Part shown: positions 15,230-29,111 of the stretch, in pieces
Numbering within the stretch: the stretch's first letter is position 1
Layout: each line of letters begins with the position of its first letter
Assembly (NCBI RefSeq): GCF_009914755.1
Contig: NC_060929.1
DNA: 64,000 nt
Origin: the human T2T-CHM13v2.0 reference genome, Homo sapiens
Direction: 5' to 3' (one strand)
Position numbers and translations under genes: made by a program
Notes under the pieces: model-generated
Database searches by the model: none
Seen by the model: the letters and a program-made list of their open reading frames with translations, nothing else
What the model was told of the DNA's origin: nothing

Positions 15230-16310
15230 GGATACACTGTGATTATGTGGAGTTTCATCCAGAAATGCAAGAATGGTTCAAGATTAGGAAATCTGTTAAG
15301 ATAATTATATAAGTACATCAAGCCCTTGCTGTGTCCTTTTCTGAGAACACCCTCCTCACCCTCATATATTTTGAAGGCTCAAGCTCGCCCTCAGGTATTT
15401 GTTCTCATGTCCCCTCTGCAGAGAGGCCTTAATGGACTTCCCTTTCTAAAGGAGCACTTAGCATCTTTCTCTAACCCCTTATCCTGTTTATTTACCTACC
15501 TACTAGTAATTGCAACCTAACCCTATTTTATTTATCTTTTTATAACTTCTTCATTATCTATCTCCTCTACTGAAATGGTAGGTGCCTAAGAGCAGGGACT
15601 AGGACTCTTAATCATTGCTATATCACCAGCATTTAGAACAAAACCTGGCATCGTAAGTGCTCAAACTAGTTTTGAGTTACTGATGTGATTACCTTCATAA
15701 ATGTTAAAAATATATCTGATGTAATTTCAGCACCTATTTTAAAAATAGAAATAGATGAGTACTTTTATCATTCTAAAAGTCAGCTTCATGCTTAATGAAG
15801 AAACGCTAGAAGCATTCCTATTAAAATTAAAAGCAGGAGTAAGGTAAGAATGTTCTTTGCTTCCACTCTCATTTTTTTTTTCTGGAGCAACTAGCCAATA
15901 TAAGTTGACAAAGGAAAAAAGGTATTAACATTGAAAAGGAAAAACACAAGACTAGAGATGGAAAACTATTAAAACCAATAAGAAAACTTAACATTTCTGG
16001 ATATAAAATTAATAGAAATCAATAATTTTCTTACATACAAGCAATAGCCAGTTGAAAGATAAAATGGAATAAAAGATCTCACTTTAAAATATGAAAAAGA
16101 ATACTTATGAAGGGACCTAATTAAAATACATAGAAATCTATATAAAAATTCTTCAAACTGTTAGAATGACTGTGAAGACAAAGAGAACAAATGCAAAGGC
16201 ATACTGAGTTTTAGAAAGATGTCTTACAGATATAAGTTATCCCTAAGTTAACCACAAACTTAAACTTATTCCAATAAAAATACTACCTTAGATTTTTTTA
16301 ATTAAAAAAC
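15230..16310 (+). mobile_element. Ancient L1M (L1ME-like) ORF2 relic interrupted by an L2 fragment
   Basis: CCAGAAATGCAAGAATGGTTCAAGATTAGGAAATC; CTAGAAGCATTCCTATTAAAAT; GGATATAAAATTAATAGAAATCAATAATTTTCTTACATACAAGCAAT. Confidence 0.75.
15322..15683 (+). mobile_element. L2 3' end
   Basis: GAGCAGGGACT...GCTATATCACCAGCATTTAGAACAAAACCTGGCATCGTAAGTGCTCAA. Confidence 0.75.
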
Positions 16311-16339
16311 GGTAGAAAATATCTGTCTTTTTGAATAGG

Positions 16340-16975
16340 AAAAGGGTTCAGAGTGGAGATAAGCCCTACTGATAGTAACACATATGTGTCTTTTTCCCTT
16401 CATCTACATTCATTCTCTAGATTGTAATTTCATGATTTCAAATTCCATCTAATACCAATGATGCTCTTATTTATAAATGTAATTCTACAGTTTAGGATTC
16501 TTCACTGAACTCCATATTTGTATATGTAATTTTCCATTCAATACCCACTTTACTATCTAACAGGTATATTCATCTTACTTGTCCCTAATTGAGCTCTTAA
16601 CATTTACCTACCCTCAATTCTAATCTTTCCATTATCTTCCTCATCTGAAATAATGACAAAAACATCCTTCCAGTTTTTCTGACTATACACCTTGTAGTCA
16701 CCTTTCATACCTCACTCTCTTTCTCCAATCTATTATTCAATCTATCATCAAAAAATGTAGACTCCATTTTAGATATATAATGATAATTTGATGGCCTCAT
16801 ACTATCTCTACTATCATCATACTGGTCAAAGTCACTATTATTTATTTCCTGAATTATTGCAATTGCTTCCTGACTTTTACTGCATGATTCCACTTTTGCC
16901 TGCCTTCGCCTCTCCCTACTAGTCCACTTACCCTAATAGCCTATACTTAATACAGCAGTCCAGTGATCTTTGTTT
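16340..16975 (+). mobile_element. L2 (L2a-like) fragment
   Basis: TTCCATCTAATACCAATGATGCTC, CTGAACTCCATATTTGTATAT, TTAATACAGCAGTCCAGTGATCTTT. Confidence 0.75.
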
Positions 16976-17427
16976 TGCAGTTGGAATACTTAAGATAAAA
17001 TTACTTCCTGAGATAAATTGGGAGGCAGATGACATTGCTAAGGAAATTGTAGCATTAAAAGAAGAAGTTAGAAGACTATATGTGTTGACTATTTTTGCCT
17101 GAAATTGGCAATGCACAAGAGGAAGTTGAGCTCAGTGAAGAATCGGCTCATTTTCCAGTAGATATAAAAGAGAACAGAGACAAGGCTATGGCCTTGTGGA
17201 GTTCACCAACAGGCTAGCTGCTTCTGGAGTCCAAATGGCAGGTGACAAATTCAAAAGTGACACAGCTCTACTAAATATTTCAGTTGAATAAAGTGATGTG
17301 GAAAATAGTGCATTAAAAGTGTGGTGCCAAGTAAAATTCAGTTAAAAGACCAAAGGCAAAAATCAGATCCAAGTTTGTGACCTTCTTATTATTGTTCCAG
17401 ATAGCCTCATGGTAGCCACCACGAGTC

Positions 17428-17495
17428 TAGAGATAGATATATATATATAGAGAGAGAGAGAAGACAGAGAACACGTGAGAGACAGCATGAGAGAA
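17428..17495. repeat. Compound GATA/TA/GA microsatellite
   Basis: AGATAGATAT(AT)n(AG)n followed by GA-rich sequence. Confidence 0.8.
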
Positions 17496-17559
17496 CATGA
17501 AGTAAGACAATGGATGTGGATGTGGTTAATGCACTTGATATCCTAAAGTAAATTGATGA

Positions 17560-17874
<315 letters not shown>

Positions 17875-18599
17875 GCCTGCTACACCATTGAATGAATACT
17901 GTGCCAAAGAAACAAGCTCAGATTTTTTAAAAGCCTTTGACTTTTTGAGACTTAAAAACAATGCTTATGCCCTCAAACTTCCATGAACAGGAGGAAGACT
18001 TTGAATTCTGTATAGTCTTCAAAGAAGCCAGGCTCCCAATATCCATCTCTGATGAGGGCAAGGAGATGCCTCCAAAATAAGAGAAACTAAAGCTACAGAA
18101 AACAATGGGCAAATAAGTTCCTCCTAGAAAGCACAATTAGAGCCTTCACAATGCTGGTCCAGTGATGGCTTCAAATTACTCTATTTCAATTACTCTTCAG
18201 TTTACTCCCTTATGTTCAGAAGCATTTAGTATAATGATCCTGTCCCCATTCCACCACTATATACTTGGTGTGGTGATATGTATCTTTTTTTATAGTGTCA
18301 AACACTGGCACAAAAGAGGTATCTTGGACTTTGAACTTAATGCAACGCCTGGATGACATGTTAGGCAGTTTATTTTGTGTGAGTATATAATTGGGAGGGC
18401 AGAGAGAGATGCATATTTGGTTACCAAAGTGCAGATAGTAGGAGACACTGGCTGAATGCTTACCACTCCCATTTACTGTTCTTGAGTATACAGGAAGGCT
18501 ACATTTCCCAGTCTTCCTTACTTTTGTAAGGTACTATGTCTCTTCTTGCAGCAAACAATGCTACTTATAAGATGGAAAACAAGGGAAAAAAGTATCTTG

Positions 18600-20345
18600 A
18601 ATGGCAGCTAATATAATACTGTAGGATATCAAGCCAATCTCTGAACAAAATATTATATCTTAATAAGATAAACTGGGTATCTAAATTGAAAAATTAATAT
18701 TCAAAAATTAGAATCATCTTATGTACTGATTAAAACCAACTACAAAATGTTACAAAGAAATGATCCTATTTACCACTACAACAAAAGCCATGACAAAGTT
18801 AGGATTAAATCCAATAAAAATGTGTGAGAACTTTATGGATAAAATTATATAATATAATATGGTGACATAAGACAGTATCCCAAATAAGTTTCAACAGACA
18901 GTATTTTCATACAACCTAAGACTCAATAAGATACCAAGTTTCTATGAAATGATCAATACGTTTAGTGCAATTACAATAATCATTTATAGAAACCTGACAA
19001 ATTCCATAAATGCCCAAGAAAGAGCAAAGGACCAAGAACAGGCAAGAAAATTTCATAGGAAAATGAAGTGGGAATACTTAGTCATCCAAATATCCAAATT
19101 ATTGTAAAACATTAGTACTTAAACACTGTAATATTTTCAGAGAAAAGGCAAATATAAGAGACTTGAGAGTGCCGAAATATACCATATGGTATAGAAATTG
19201 TATCAGAGATGTTACCAACCTAAAGAGATTACAGTGAACAATTTAATAACTAGGGGTAAAAAATTGATTATGCATATAAAAATTTAATCAAAACCTATAA
19301 CATAAAAAGATAACATGTAAAGAAATAAATTTATAAATAAAAATTTACGAATCTTAAAAGAAAATTTAAGAAAATGTCTCTATGGCCTTTGAATAAGAAA
19401 GGATTTCTTAGAAATGCTGAAAACAAAGCCAGAAATGGGAAAGTGATAATTTATAAAAACGACTACATTGAAATTAAAACAACCTCCAGTAAAAGAGACA
19501 AAGTAAAAAACTAGCCACAGTGGTAAAGGATATTTGCAAGGGAAAAGTTTGACATTGGCTTGGCATTCAGATTTTATATAGAACGCCTAATAATTAGGAA
19601 GAAATATTTTAAACACCTAATAGAAAATTATGTAAAGGTTTAGAATGAACAATGGAAAATGAAAATATAAAAAGATCCTCAATTTCATCTAGATCAGGAA
19701 AATGTATATTAAAACCAGAATAAAATATTTCTTGTCTGTCAAATTTCTCTAAATTATAATAGTGACTATAACAAATATGAGTGAGCATCATGGATAAAGA
19801 GGCTTATACTCTACTGGTAGACATGTAAATTGCTATTATCATTTTGGAGAAAACTTTGGTAATATGTCTATGTCCTATAAAATCACAATTCCAAATCCAA
19901 TTATGTATTCAAAGGAAACTCTTGTATAAGAAAACATAAAAGAATTATTATTACAGTAGTATTTGTAATAACAAAGAATTGTAAATATGTACCCCTGAAG
20001 TAAGATTATATCTAAAATGATATGCAAAATTTTATCAACTATTCAAAGAAGAAATAACTTTTGTATAAATGATTTTAAAATGCAAAAACACATAACAAGT
20101 TTTCTGGTTTATTCTTGAAGATATCACTTTTCTGTCACCAAAGAAAAAAAGTCACTAAAAATTGATCTAGACATTAATTTCACTTGTGAATATTATATAA
20201 AACACCAGTTAAAATACTAAGACATTTGACCCAATAGCATATAAGAAGAGAAACATAACCTGACCAATTTTGATTTAATCCTAAAAATGCAAGAATCTTC
20301 CAGCAGAAAAACTATTTCAATTTATTGAATAAGATCTACAAAATA
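18600..20345 (+). mobile_element. Ancient L1M/L1ME ORF2 and 3' region relics
   Basis: A-rich L1-like text: GAGCAAAGGACCAAGAACAGGCAAG, ACTGGTAGACATGTAAATTGCTATTATCATTTTGGAGA, TTAATCCTAAAAATGCAAG. Confidence 0.75.
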
Positions 20346-20376
20346 CCAATAAGTAAGACAATTAAGAACTACACAA

Positions 20377-21445
20377 GGGACTTCTACTTCTGAGAAAATA
20401 CCTGGAACGAAACTCACCCTGGCATGCTAACCAATCACGACATTGGGGGGAAATGTATGAGGCAACCATTTCAGACATTAAACAGCAGGCAGGGCAGACT
20501 GCCATTCCTGAGAAAAGCATGACTCATGAAATGAGCTCCATGATTGTTCTGAATCTCTACAGCAAGATGGAGATCAAGCAAAGATCAGAGTGGGACGCTG
20601 ACATGAGCTTACCATAGAATCGCTGCTACGGGATGAACACAGACCATAGAAGTTAGATAGTACTTACAGACATGAGAATTCCAGACCCAGCCAGAAAAGA
20701 AGAAATCATCTGACTCCCCAAAAAGGCTCTAAATTAGGAATAAGAACCACACTCATAGTAATATCACGTTACACTAGATTAGCCCTGACAAAGCCCAAAT
20801 CTAAGCCTTAACAAAATCATCAAGGGAGAGAGAATTTGGAAGTAGAACTCCACCAAGAGAGGAACCTGGAAAAACATTGGGCTTTCTACAGATCCACACT
20901 AATTTGGATCTCTGTGCAAGATGTCAATCAGAAAACAAACAACAAAGCAAAACTCTTTGAAGACATCATCCCACGTATCACCCCAAAGGTTCAACATACA
21001 ATCTGAAAGTATTCAACATCTAAGTAAATAGGAAAATGTAACCTCTAGTTAAAAAGTTTAACAGAAAGTAACCCAAGGTAGTTTAGATACTAGATTTCAC
21101 AGATAATTACTTCGAAGCAGCTATTTCATACACACACGCACACACACACACACAGAGCTACGATAGATCGATAGATAGATAGATACATACATACATACAT
21201 AGATATACACACAGTATATAAAGAAAAATATGGTATTAATGACTGAATAAATAAGGAATCTCCTCTGAGAAATCAAAACTATAAAAGAAAAACTAAAAAT
21301 TCTAGAATGAATTAAAAAGTATAATAACTGAAGTGGAGGGGAAAACTTACTTGCTTTTCATAACAGAAGATTAGATATGGCAAAGAAAATAGGATCAGTG
21401 AATTCAAAGGCAGAGCTATACAATTATACAATTTTGATTATAGAG
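20377..21445 (+). mobile_element. Ancient L1M 5' end/ORF1 relic
   Basis: GGGACTTCTACTTCTGAG start; GGAATCTCCTCTGAGAAATCAAAACTATAAAAG; GGATCAGTGAATTCAAAGGCAGAGCTATA. Confidence 0.65.
21130..21213. repeat. Compound STR (CA)n-(GATA)n-(TACA)n
   Basis: CACACACGCACACACACACACA...GATAGATAGATAGATACATACATACATACATAG. Confidence 0.92.
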
Positions 21446-21639
21446 GCTTTATAGCATGTTTTAATATATTGTAAGACAGTCTGTCTCACAGCTTCAATTG
21501 GATAGTGTTTTCCTAGATAGTCTTACAAGTTTATTTTCCATGTGAATTTTAATATCCTGACTAGCTAAAAAAACTTGATGTTTATAGTAAGATTGAATAA
21601 AGATTATAAATTAACTTTAAGATACAGACACACACACCC

Positions 21640-22530
21640 ACAAATTTCCCACGATGAATCTTTGGAACAATATTTCCTGAGTTCATGCATGCTTAAAAAT
21701 GATTGTCTGTCTAAAATCTTGTTCATAGAGGGACAGCTTGAATAAAAATAAAATTCTTAGTTGACACTGATTTTTTGTTTCTTTCCTTCCCACTCTCCCC
21801 TTCCTCCTCTGCTTTCTCTTCTTCCTCCTCCTTCTCCTCTGCTTCCTCTATACTGATTTATCCTTATTTTGATTTGTGTTTCAATGCTGATTCATTTTTA
21901 TATTGATTTGTATGCTGCTTTTGAATAGAATGGTGCTGCCAGTCTGATTTTTGGTCCTTGTAAATTATTTGCTTCTTTGTATGGAGGCCCTGAGGATTTT
22001 CTACTTCATCTTTAAAATCTAAAAAATGTACTAGAGTGTAGCCCAGAATTGATAACTGTGTGACTGTGTTCTCAGGAAATATCTGGGCCTTTTCAATATG
22101 TAATGTCCTATCTTTAATTCCCTGAAAGTTTTCTTGGATTATGGTTTAAATATTAAATTAGTTACTTTTTTTTTCTTCTTTAGGGTCTTCCTTTCATTTT
22201 GGTGCCTTCTTTATTCTTCATCTCATTGTCATTCTATCTGTTGTTTCTCCTCTTTTCCTCTAAGCATCTTACTAACTTCTTGTTTGTATTTCTTCATCCT
22301 TGGGCCCCATGTAATTTAGCTTTCATTTCCTATATTATTTTTCTGTTTTTTTTTCTCCCGAGTCCATTAATAATATTTTATTTCTTTCAGTTTTGTTGTT
22401 GTTGTTTTGGATTTTTTTTTCTCTTCTTAGTATTTGAATTTCTGAATCAAGGTGTTTTATTTTTTTCTGTAACCCAAATCATGCTTGCTGGATTAGAAAC
22501 TTTAATTATTTACAACATTGGTTCTTACCT
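21640..22530 (-). mobile_element. HAL1/L1 ORF1-like relic
   Basis: TGCTGCCAGTCTGATTTT...GAGGATTTTCTACTTCATCTTTAAAATC...GGGCCTTTTCAATATG; T-rich reverse ORF1-like sequence with a (CTT/CCT)n tract at 21780-21850. Confidence 0.6.
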
Positions 22531-22726
22531 GTAGAGAATGTCACACCAACTTCATCAAGTACCCAGCTGCCTTAGCATTGAGCAGCAGAAGCAGTAACTC
22601 CTAGGTTATGAATATTCTCTGACAACATTAATTAGACCCATGAGGATGGAAGCCCTATGTGCACAACTTTCAGAACAAAGCTAAAGCTAAAGAAAATCTC
22701 CATTCATGTCTAAGAGAATCTCCATT

Positions 22727-23164
22727 CATGAACTAAGTTGTATCCTCCCCACATTCATGTTTCATCCCTAATCCCCAATGTGTCTATATTTGGATATAGG
22801 GCTTTTAGGAGGTAATTAAGGTTAAATGCAATCATAGGAGTGGGATCCTAGTTCAATAGGCTCAGCGGTCTTATAAGAAGAGGAATTAAATGCAGTCATA
22901 AGGATGGGATCTTAATTCAATAGGCTTAGTGGTCTTATAAGAAGAGAAAGAGTGCTCTGTGTGTGTGTGCGCGTGTGTGTGTGTCTGTGTGTATATTCAT
23001 TTAAGCATACAGCAAGCCAAGAAGAGGGCCTTCACCAGGAACCAAACTGGATGGTACCTTGATCTTGGACTTTTCAGCCTCCAGATCTATGAGAAACAAA
23101 TTTCTGGTGTTTAAGCCACCCAGCCTACAGTATTTTGTTATGGCAGTCAAAGCTGACTAATGCA
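22727..23164 (+). mobile_element. MLT1A-type solo LTR with internal 64-bp duplication and (TG)n
   Basis: CCTAATCCCCAATGTG...GGAGGTAATTAAGGTTAAATG; ACCTTGATCTTGGACTTTTCAGCCTCCAGA; TTTGTTATGGCAGTCAAAGCTGACTAATGCA end. Confidence 0.88.
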
Positions 23165-24965
23165 ATGGCCTCATTGAATCAAATTAACCATTCTGGAATA
23201 TCCTGATCCAGGTGTATAGTAGATATCTCCTTTACATATAGTTCTGTCTCTCTCCTAGAGAATAATCCCCTAGATTATGAACATTGTTTCATTTGGATCA
23301 CTCAGCATATGCCTTTTATTAATTATAAGAAATTCATATTGATAGTAACAAATCAAATGCAATTCAAAAGAGAATGAATACAAACTTGATTCTTCTTTAC
23401 TATCCCTTTCCTCCATGCCACCCTCTTGAGACACTGAAAGAAACTGAACTTTTCTATTATTGAAAGGAACTGAATCTGTAAATCAATTTCTTCACTTTCC
23501 CTTTTCTTATTTTAACTGTTTGGATTATTTCTCTCTTACTGAACATTTGTTCACATTCAAAATTATTGGCTAGAGTTCTATGCACAACAATTGTATAAAA
23601 TATTCTCCTCAGTTCAGCATACCACTAGGATGAATTTCACTTAAATCATTTAAAACATTTTAAAACCATTTTTTCAATGGACTTTAATATTAAAAATTTC
23701 CTGGGCTGAGAAATGTTCACTTATTCTAGCCCTGTTTTAACTCTTTGCATCTGTTCTGCACTGTCATAAATAACCAATAATTTTTCAATTTAATGACATC
23801 GGTTTTGATCCAGTTCTCAAAACTGTATTTGTACATGGTTTTATAAAATGTCTGCTAGCAAAAGTTTCCTTTACTTTAAACAAAAGAAGTCAAAAATAAA
23901 ATAAATGTTGATCATCATATATTTTAGCATACAAATTAAACTTCAGAAAAAATGGTAAACAAATATAATTTTATTTGGAACTGGTTTTGTTAAATTCTTG
24001 ATTGATACAAATTTTAATTTTGAAATGTCATTTGAAACCATATGCTTTTGTATCTTAGAAATGAAATATACTTTCAAAAGTCCTTTGTCTAGCCCTCTGC
24101 CTTAAAACTGATAAAAATGTTACCATCAAAGCAACTTAAATAAAGTGAATTGATTTGCTCTAACTAACAAGTATTTAAAAAGCCAGGTTTTCTAACTTCA
24201 CATACCACATGTTGTAGCAATGCCTCATAATTGTAACTGTCATTGGATACCAACAAATTCTATTCACATTCAGTCCTAAAATCCAATATTTACAGAAAAC
24301 CAGCCCTTTACTAACGTCACCTTATGCTTCGAACTAAACAATCCTGTTAAAACGGTTATTGTGACAGTAGACTATTTATTATTTATTAATAAAAATAAAT
24401 TTATATTCTTTCTGAAAAGACTATATTTATAAAATTTATTAGAATTTATAAAATTATATACACTATACATGTATGTGGATATAACACTCACACATGCTGA
24501 GCTTCAATGAATGTATGTGATGTGTTGGAAAATCAATACAATCAATTGATTGTATCAATTTAAACTGGTAAATGTATTGCCTTATCTAAGTGTTCTTGTC
24601 CTAAAGATCACATAAATTAACACTATTTATCCTTAGTGGACTTGGTGTCTAAGGGCTACAATTAGTGACTCACATAGTCTTTATATCTAGGTCATTAGTT
24701 CAAATCCAGTTTAGAATGTTACTTCTTGAATTGAGTGATTTTGAAAGTTATCCAATGTTCTGTTACAAATCACAAATATGGTGCTTTAATTTCATTTTAA
24801 GCTACATTTTCACAAAAATAGTACATTATTTTTCTTCTAATTATCTTTACCAGTTTCTGCATTTCTCAAATAAATAGCTAAACAGAAAATAAAAACGTAA
24901 CCAATACACTTATTCTACAGTAATAAAGATTTGCAATTTTTTCCTTTAAAAAAGATTCTCTGACA

Positions 24966-25270
24966 GGCAGGGCTAAGTGGCTCATGCCTGTAATCCCAGC
25001 AGTTTGGGAGGCCAAGGCGGGCAGATCACCTGAAGTCAGGAGTTTGAGACCAGCCTGGCCAACATGGTGAAACCCCGTCTCTACTAAAAATACAAAAATT
25101 AGTTGGGCATGGTGGTGCAGGCCTGTAATCTCAGCTACTCAGGAACCTGAGGCAGAAGAATCGCTTGAATATGGGAGGCGGAGGCTGCAGTGAGCTGAGA
25201 TTGCACCACTGTATTCCAGCCTGGCTGACAGAGTGAGACCCTGTCTCAAAAATTAAAAAAAAAAATAATA
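24966..25270 (+). mobile_element. AluSx-like SINE
   Basis: GATCACCTGAAGTCAGGAGTTTGAGACCAGCCTGGCCAACATGGTG; TSD-like ATTCTCTGACA/ATTCTATGACA. Confidence 0.96.
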
Positions 25271-25382
25271 ATTCTATGACAGAAGACTGCCGATCAACAA
25301 CTTTTATTTTCTAGATTGGTGGCAGGAACGCAAGCATGGCAGAGGAGGGCTGATTGATGGATGGTTCATTCAAAGTGGGAGG

Positions 25383-25511
25383 AGCTACCTATTGGGTACT
25401 ATGTTTATCACCTAGGTGACAAAATAATATATATACCAAACCCCTGAGACACACAATTTACCTGTATATCAAACCTGCACATTCCCGAGCCAAAAATAAA
25501 AGTTAAAAAAA
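25383..25511 (+). mobile_element. Old L1PA/L1PB extreme 3' end
   Basis: CTACCTATTGGGTACTATG...GACACACAATTTACCTGTATATCAAACCTGCACAT...AAAATAAAAGTTAAAAAA. Confidence 0.85.
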
Positions 25512-25825
25512 CCCACAATAAACAAAGTCAGAGGAACTATTTTCATGAGAAGTTTTCTGAGACACCAGGTATATGAAAAGAAGCTTTGGCGAGAGGTAAC
25601 AAAAATGTGGCTGAATTCATGAGAGAATAATTCTCCATTCTCTCATACAGAGCATAACTTCTGTACCTTAAAAAAAATTGGTTTTCTTCCCCCCTTTTAC
25701 ATGTAGGGAATGGGCTTGAAATGGAAAGACCAGGGCAGCACATGCAAAGTCAAAGGCACTAAAGGATGATCCCAATAAGAAAACTGAAAAATGCCCAGCA
25801 CTATATTTAGAAAAATTGAGGCTCA

Positions 25826-26618
25826 AAGTCATTTATGCAGCCAACAGACATATGAAAAAAATGCTCATCATCATTGCTCATCAGAGAAATGCAAATCAAA
25901 ACCGCAATGAGATACCATCTCATGCCACTTAGAATGAGGATCATTAAAAAGTCAGGAAACAACAGATGCTGGAGAGGATGTGGAGAAATGGGAACACTTT
26001 TACAGTGTTGGTGGGAGTGTAAATTAGTTCAACCATCGTGGAAAACAGTATGGTGTTTCCTCAAGGATCTAGAACTAAAAATACTATTTGACCCAGTGAT
26101 CCCATTACTGGGCATATACTCAATGGATTATAAATCATGCTACTATAAAGACACATGCACATGTATGTTTATTGTGGCACTATTCACAATAGCAAATACT
26201 TGGAACTAACCCAAATGTCCAACAATGATAGACTGGATTAAGAAAATGTGGCACATATACACCATGGAATACTATGCAGCCATAAACAAGGATGCATTCA
26301 TGTCCTTTCCAGGGACATGGATGAAGCTGAAAGCCATCATTCTAAGCAAACTATCACAAGGACAGAAAACCAAATGCTGCATGTTCTCACTCATAGGTGG
26401 GAGTTGAACAATGAGAACACATGGACACAGGGCGGGGAATATCACACACCAGGGCCTGTTGGGGTTGGGGGGCTAGGGGAGGGATAGCATTAGGAGAAAT
26501 ACGTAACGTAAATGATGAGTTGATGGATGCAGAAAACCAACATGGCACATGTATACTTATGTAACAAACCTGCACATTGTGCACATGTACCCTAGAACTT
26601 AAAGTATAATTTAAAAAA
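25826..26618 (+). mobile_element. 5'-truncated L1PA (about PA5-PA7): broken ORF2 C-terminus plus 3' UTR
   Basis: ORFs 25874-26209 and 26225-26407 translate to the L1 ORF2p C-terminus (REMQIKT..CWRGCGE..WIKKMWHIYTMEYYAA) split by a stop; TSD AGAAAAATTGAGGCTCA (25809-25825) vs AGAAAAATTGATTCTCA (26619-26635). Confidence 0.97.
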
Positions 26619-26779
26619 AGAAAAATTGATTCTCAGTGCAAAGCTAATAACTAATGATGGAATGAACAGATGTTCACCAAGTGGCCAAAGTTCTCATTTT
26701 AGGGTGAGAGAGCCAACTGATAAGAGATATCATTAATACGTACAAATTCACTGGTATTCCCAACTCAACAATGGTATAA

Positions 26780-27215
<436 letters not shown>

Positions 27216-28823
27216 TAAATATGGCCAAACTTGAACATTAAGGCCATAAACTCAGAATTTCTATTAGTAACACAGCAAGAATGAGATTCTCATCCTGTGT
27301 CTCCTTGTGAGCAAAAAAGCATCTGGTTTTGTTTTTCTGATTTTAATTTGCTTGGCAATCTGGTAAACTTGTTTTATGTTTATAAATTAGATCCAATCTA
27401 AAAGTATATGTGAGATTGGAATTCAGCAGGCCTCAAATCATTGCAGGTTTTATACATATAAGGCTTGCTATGTACTGTAGAAACTTGTTGCTTAAACTTT
27501 CTTTTTAAAATTGTTTCTCTTTACATACTAGGAAGTGTTTGAACAGCTTGAGACCTATTGGCCTGGAACTATTTTCCTATGATCTAAGCACTTGACTTAG
27601 AGTTTAAGTATTTCAGTAGGTTCAGAGCTAAACATCTTTTTAAAAATATCTGATTTTTAACCCCCATTTCTTTTTAAGCTGATCATATAATAAGGATTTT
27701 AAGGATCTATTTGTTTTTCAAAGACAATGATTTTTCTAAGTGGCACTCTAAATTTACATTGGCATTTCAACCAACACTCTAGTAAATCTACAAGCTATAA
27801 TTAAAAGCAATGCCGCAACTTTATAGTGCTAGTGAAAGTCTTACTTCTTTAAGTTACAAGTAAAAGATATTAACTTCTGCCTACAAAGTAATTATTTTAA
27901 AGAAAAATAAGTGAAATAAGTGCAAGTTAAAAAGTTTGTTTAAGACTCTTAATGTAAGAATTCAAACTCTCATCTCTGCCTCACAGAGTGGAATTGTCAT
28001 AAATGAAAATATCTTTTTATTCTACTTAGAAGCATCTTTTTAAAGTGCATATGATGAGCAAAGTGTGTGAAGATATAAATATATATTTAAAGTGTAATGG
28101 TGTACAACAATCACTATAACAGTAAGTAAAGCAATGCCATAAAAATGGAGAACACATTCTTCAACACATTGAGAAAGTTATTTTCAAAGCCTGGCCCATT
28201 AGGTTGGAACCAGAAGTTTCCAGATATATGCCCACATTTGCATGAAACTAAATATTTTACATTCCAGTGACGGATTGGTACATACTTGAGAATGGATGGT
28301 TGTACTGGCTCTGAAAGAAACAGGAAAAAAATGACCTTCTAAATTATGTGAAGTCAAGTAGCTTGGAGAATAGAAAGCAGATCTCTACTGAGGAGACATC
28401 TAGTTAATCTGCGTTCTCACCAGAGATCTATTGATCCAGGGCCCCGCTGGAATACTGGAGCAAATTCATGCAGCTGGTCTGAAGTCAGATTTTTGCCAAC
28501 TCTGTCCTCTCTTATGATATGCTGTCACTGTTGGAATCATGGCATGTCTAGATTGAAGCTGAGCATAAAGTCCAAAAACTTTTTTTGGGCAGAAGTGGCT
28601 ATATTTCTCTTGCAAGCTGCAAAAATCTATTTCACTTTTAGCGTTACTTTTCTACTGGTGCAATAACTACTTTGGAAATTTTTATTACTCATTGATTAAA
28701 ATTAAGGTACTAGAGGGAATGAAAACAGTTATTTTGCTTAAGTTGCCTGGACTCAGACTATTGTGCAAGCATTCATTTTCTGTGGTATTTTGTTTCACAG
28801 AAAGATCAGTAGGTGAGCTTGAA

Positions 28824-29111
28824 CAGAGTCAGCAAACTTTTCCTGCAAAGGATCAGACGGTAAATATTTTAGGCTTGGTGGGCCATATGGACTTTGTCAC
28901 AGCTACTCAACTCTGTCTTGTCATGAGAAAGCAGACATAGACTATACATAAACAAATGAGTATCTATAGACAATAAAATTTGAATTTTTTGCATGTCACA
29001 TAATATTCTTTTTATCAACCACATAAAATACAATGATTCTTAGCTTGTAGGCTGTATAAAAACAGACGGCAGGCTGGATTTGGCCCATGGACTAGAGTTT
29101 GCCCACCCATG
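28824..29111 (+). mobile_element. MER58B-like hAT-Charlie MITE
   Basis: CAGAGTCAGCAAACTTTT...AAATATTTTAGGCTTGGTGGGCCATATGG...GGCTGGATTTGGCCCATGG...GTTTGCCCACCCATG, degenerate TIRs. Confidence 0.88.

Noticed and set aside
22134-22534. Hydrophobic 111-aa ORF that looks like a membrane protein
   Set aside because: Phe/Leu richness comes from T-rich antisense HAL1/L1 sequence
25874-26407. L1 ORF2p C-terminal peptides as a CDS
   Set aside because: 5'-truncated, stop-interrupted L1 fragment without promoter, EN or RT domains
26455-26485. G-rich G4-like tract (also 31200-31222)
   Set aside because: Standard L1 3' UTR polypurine tract
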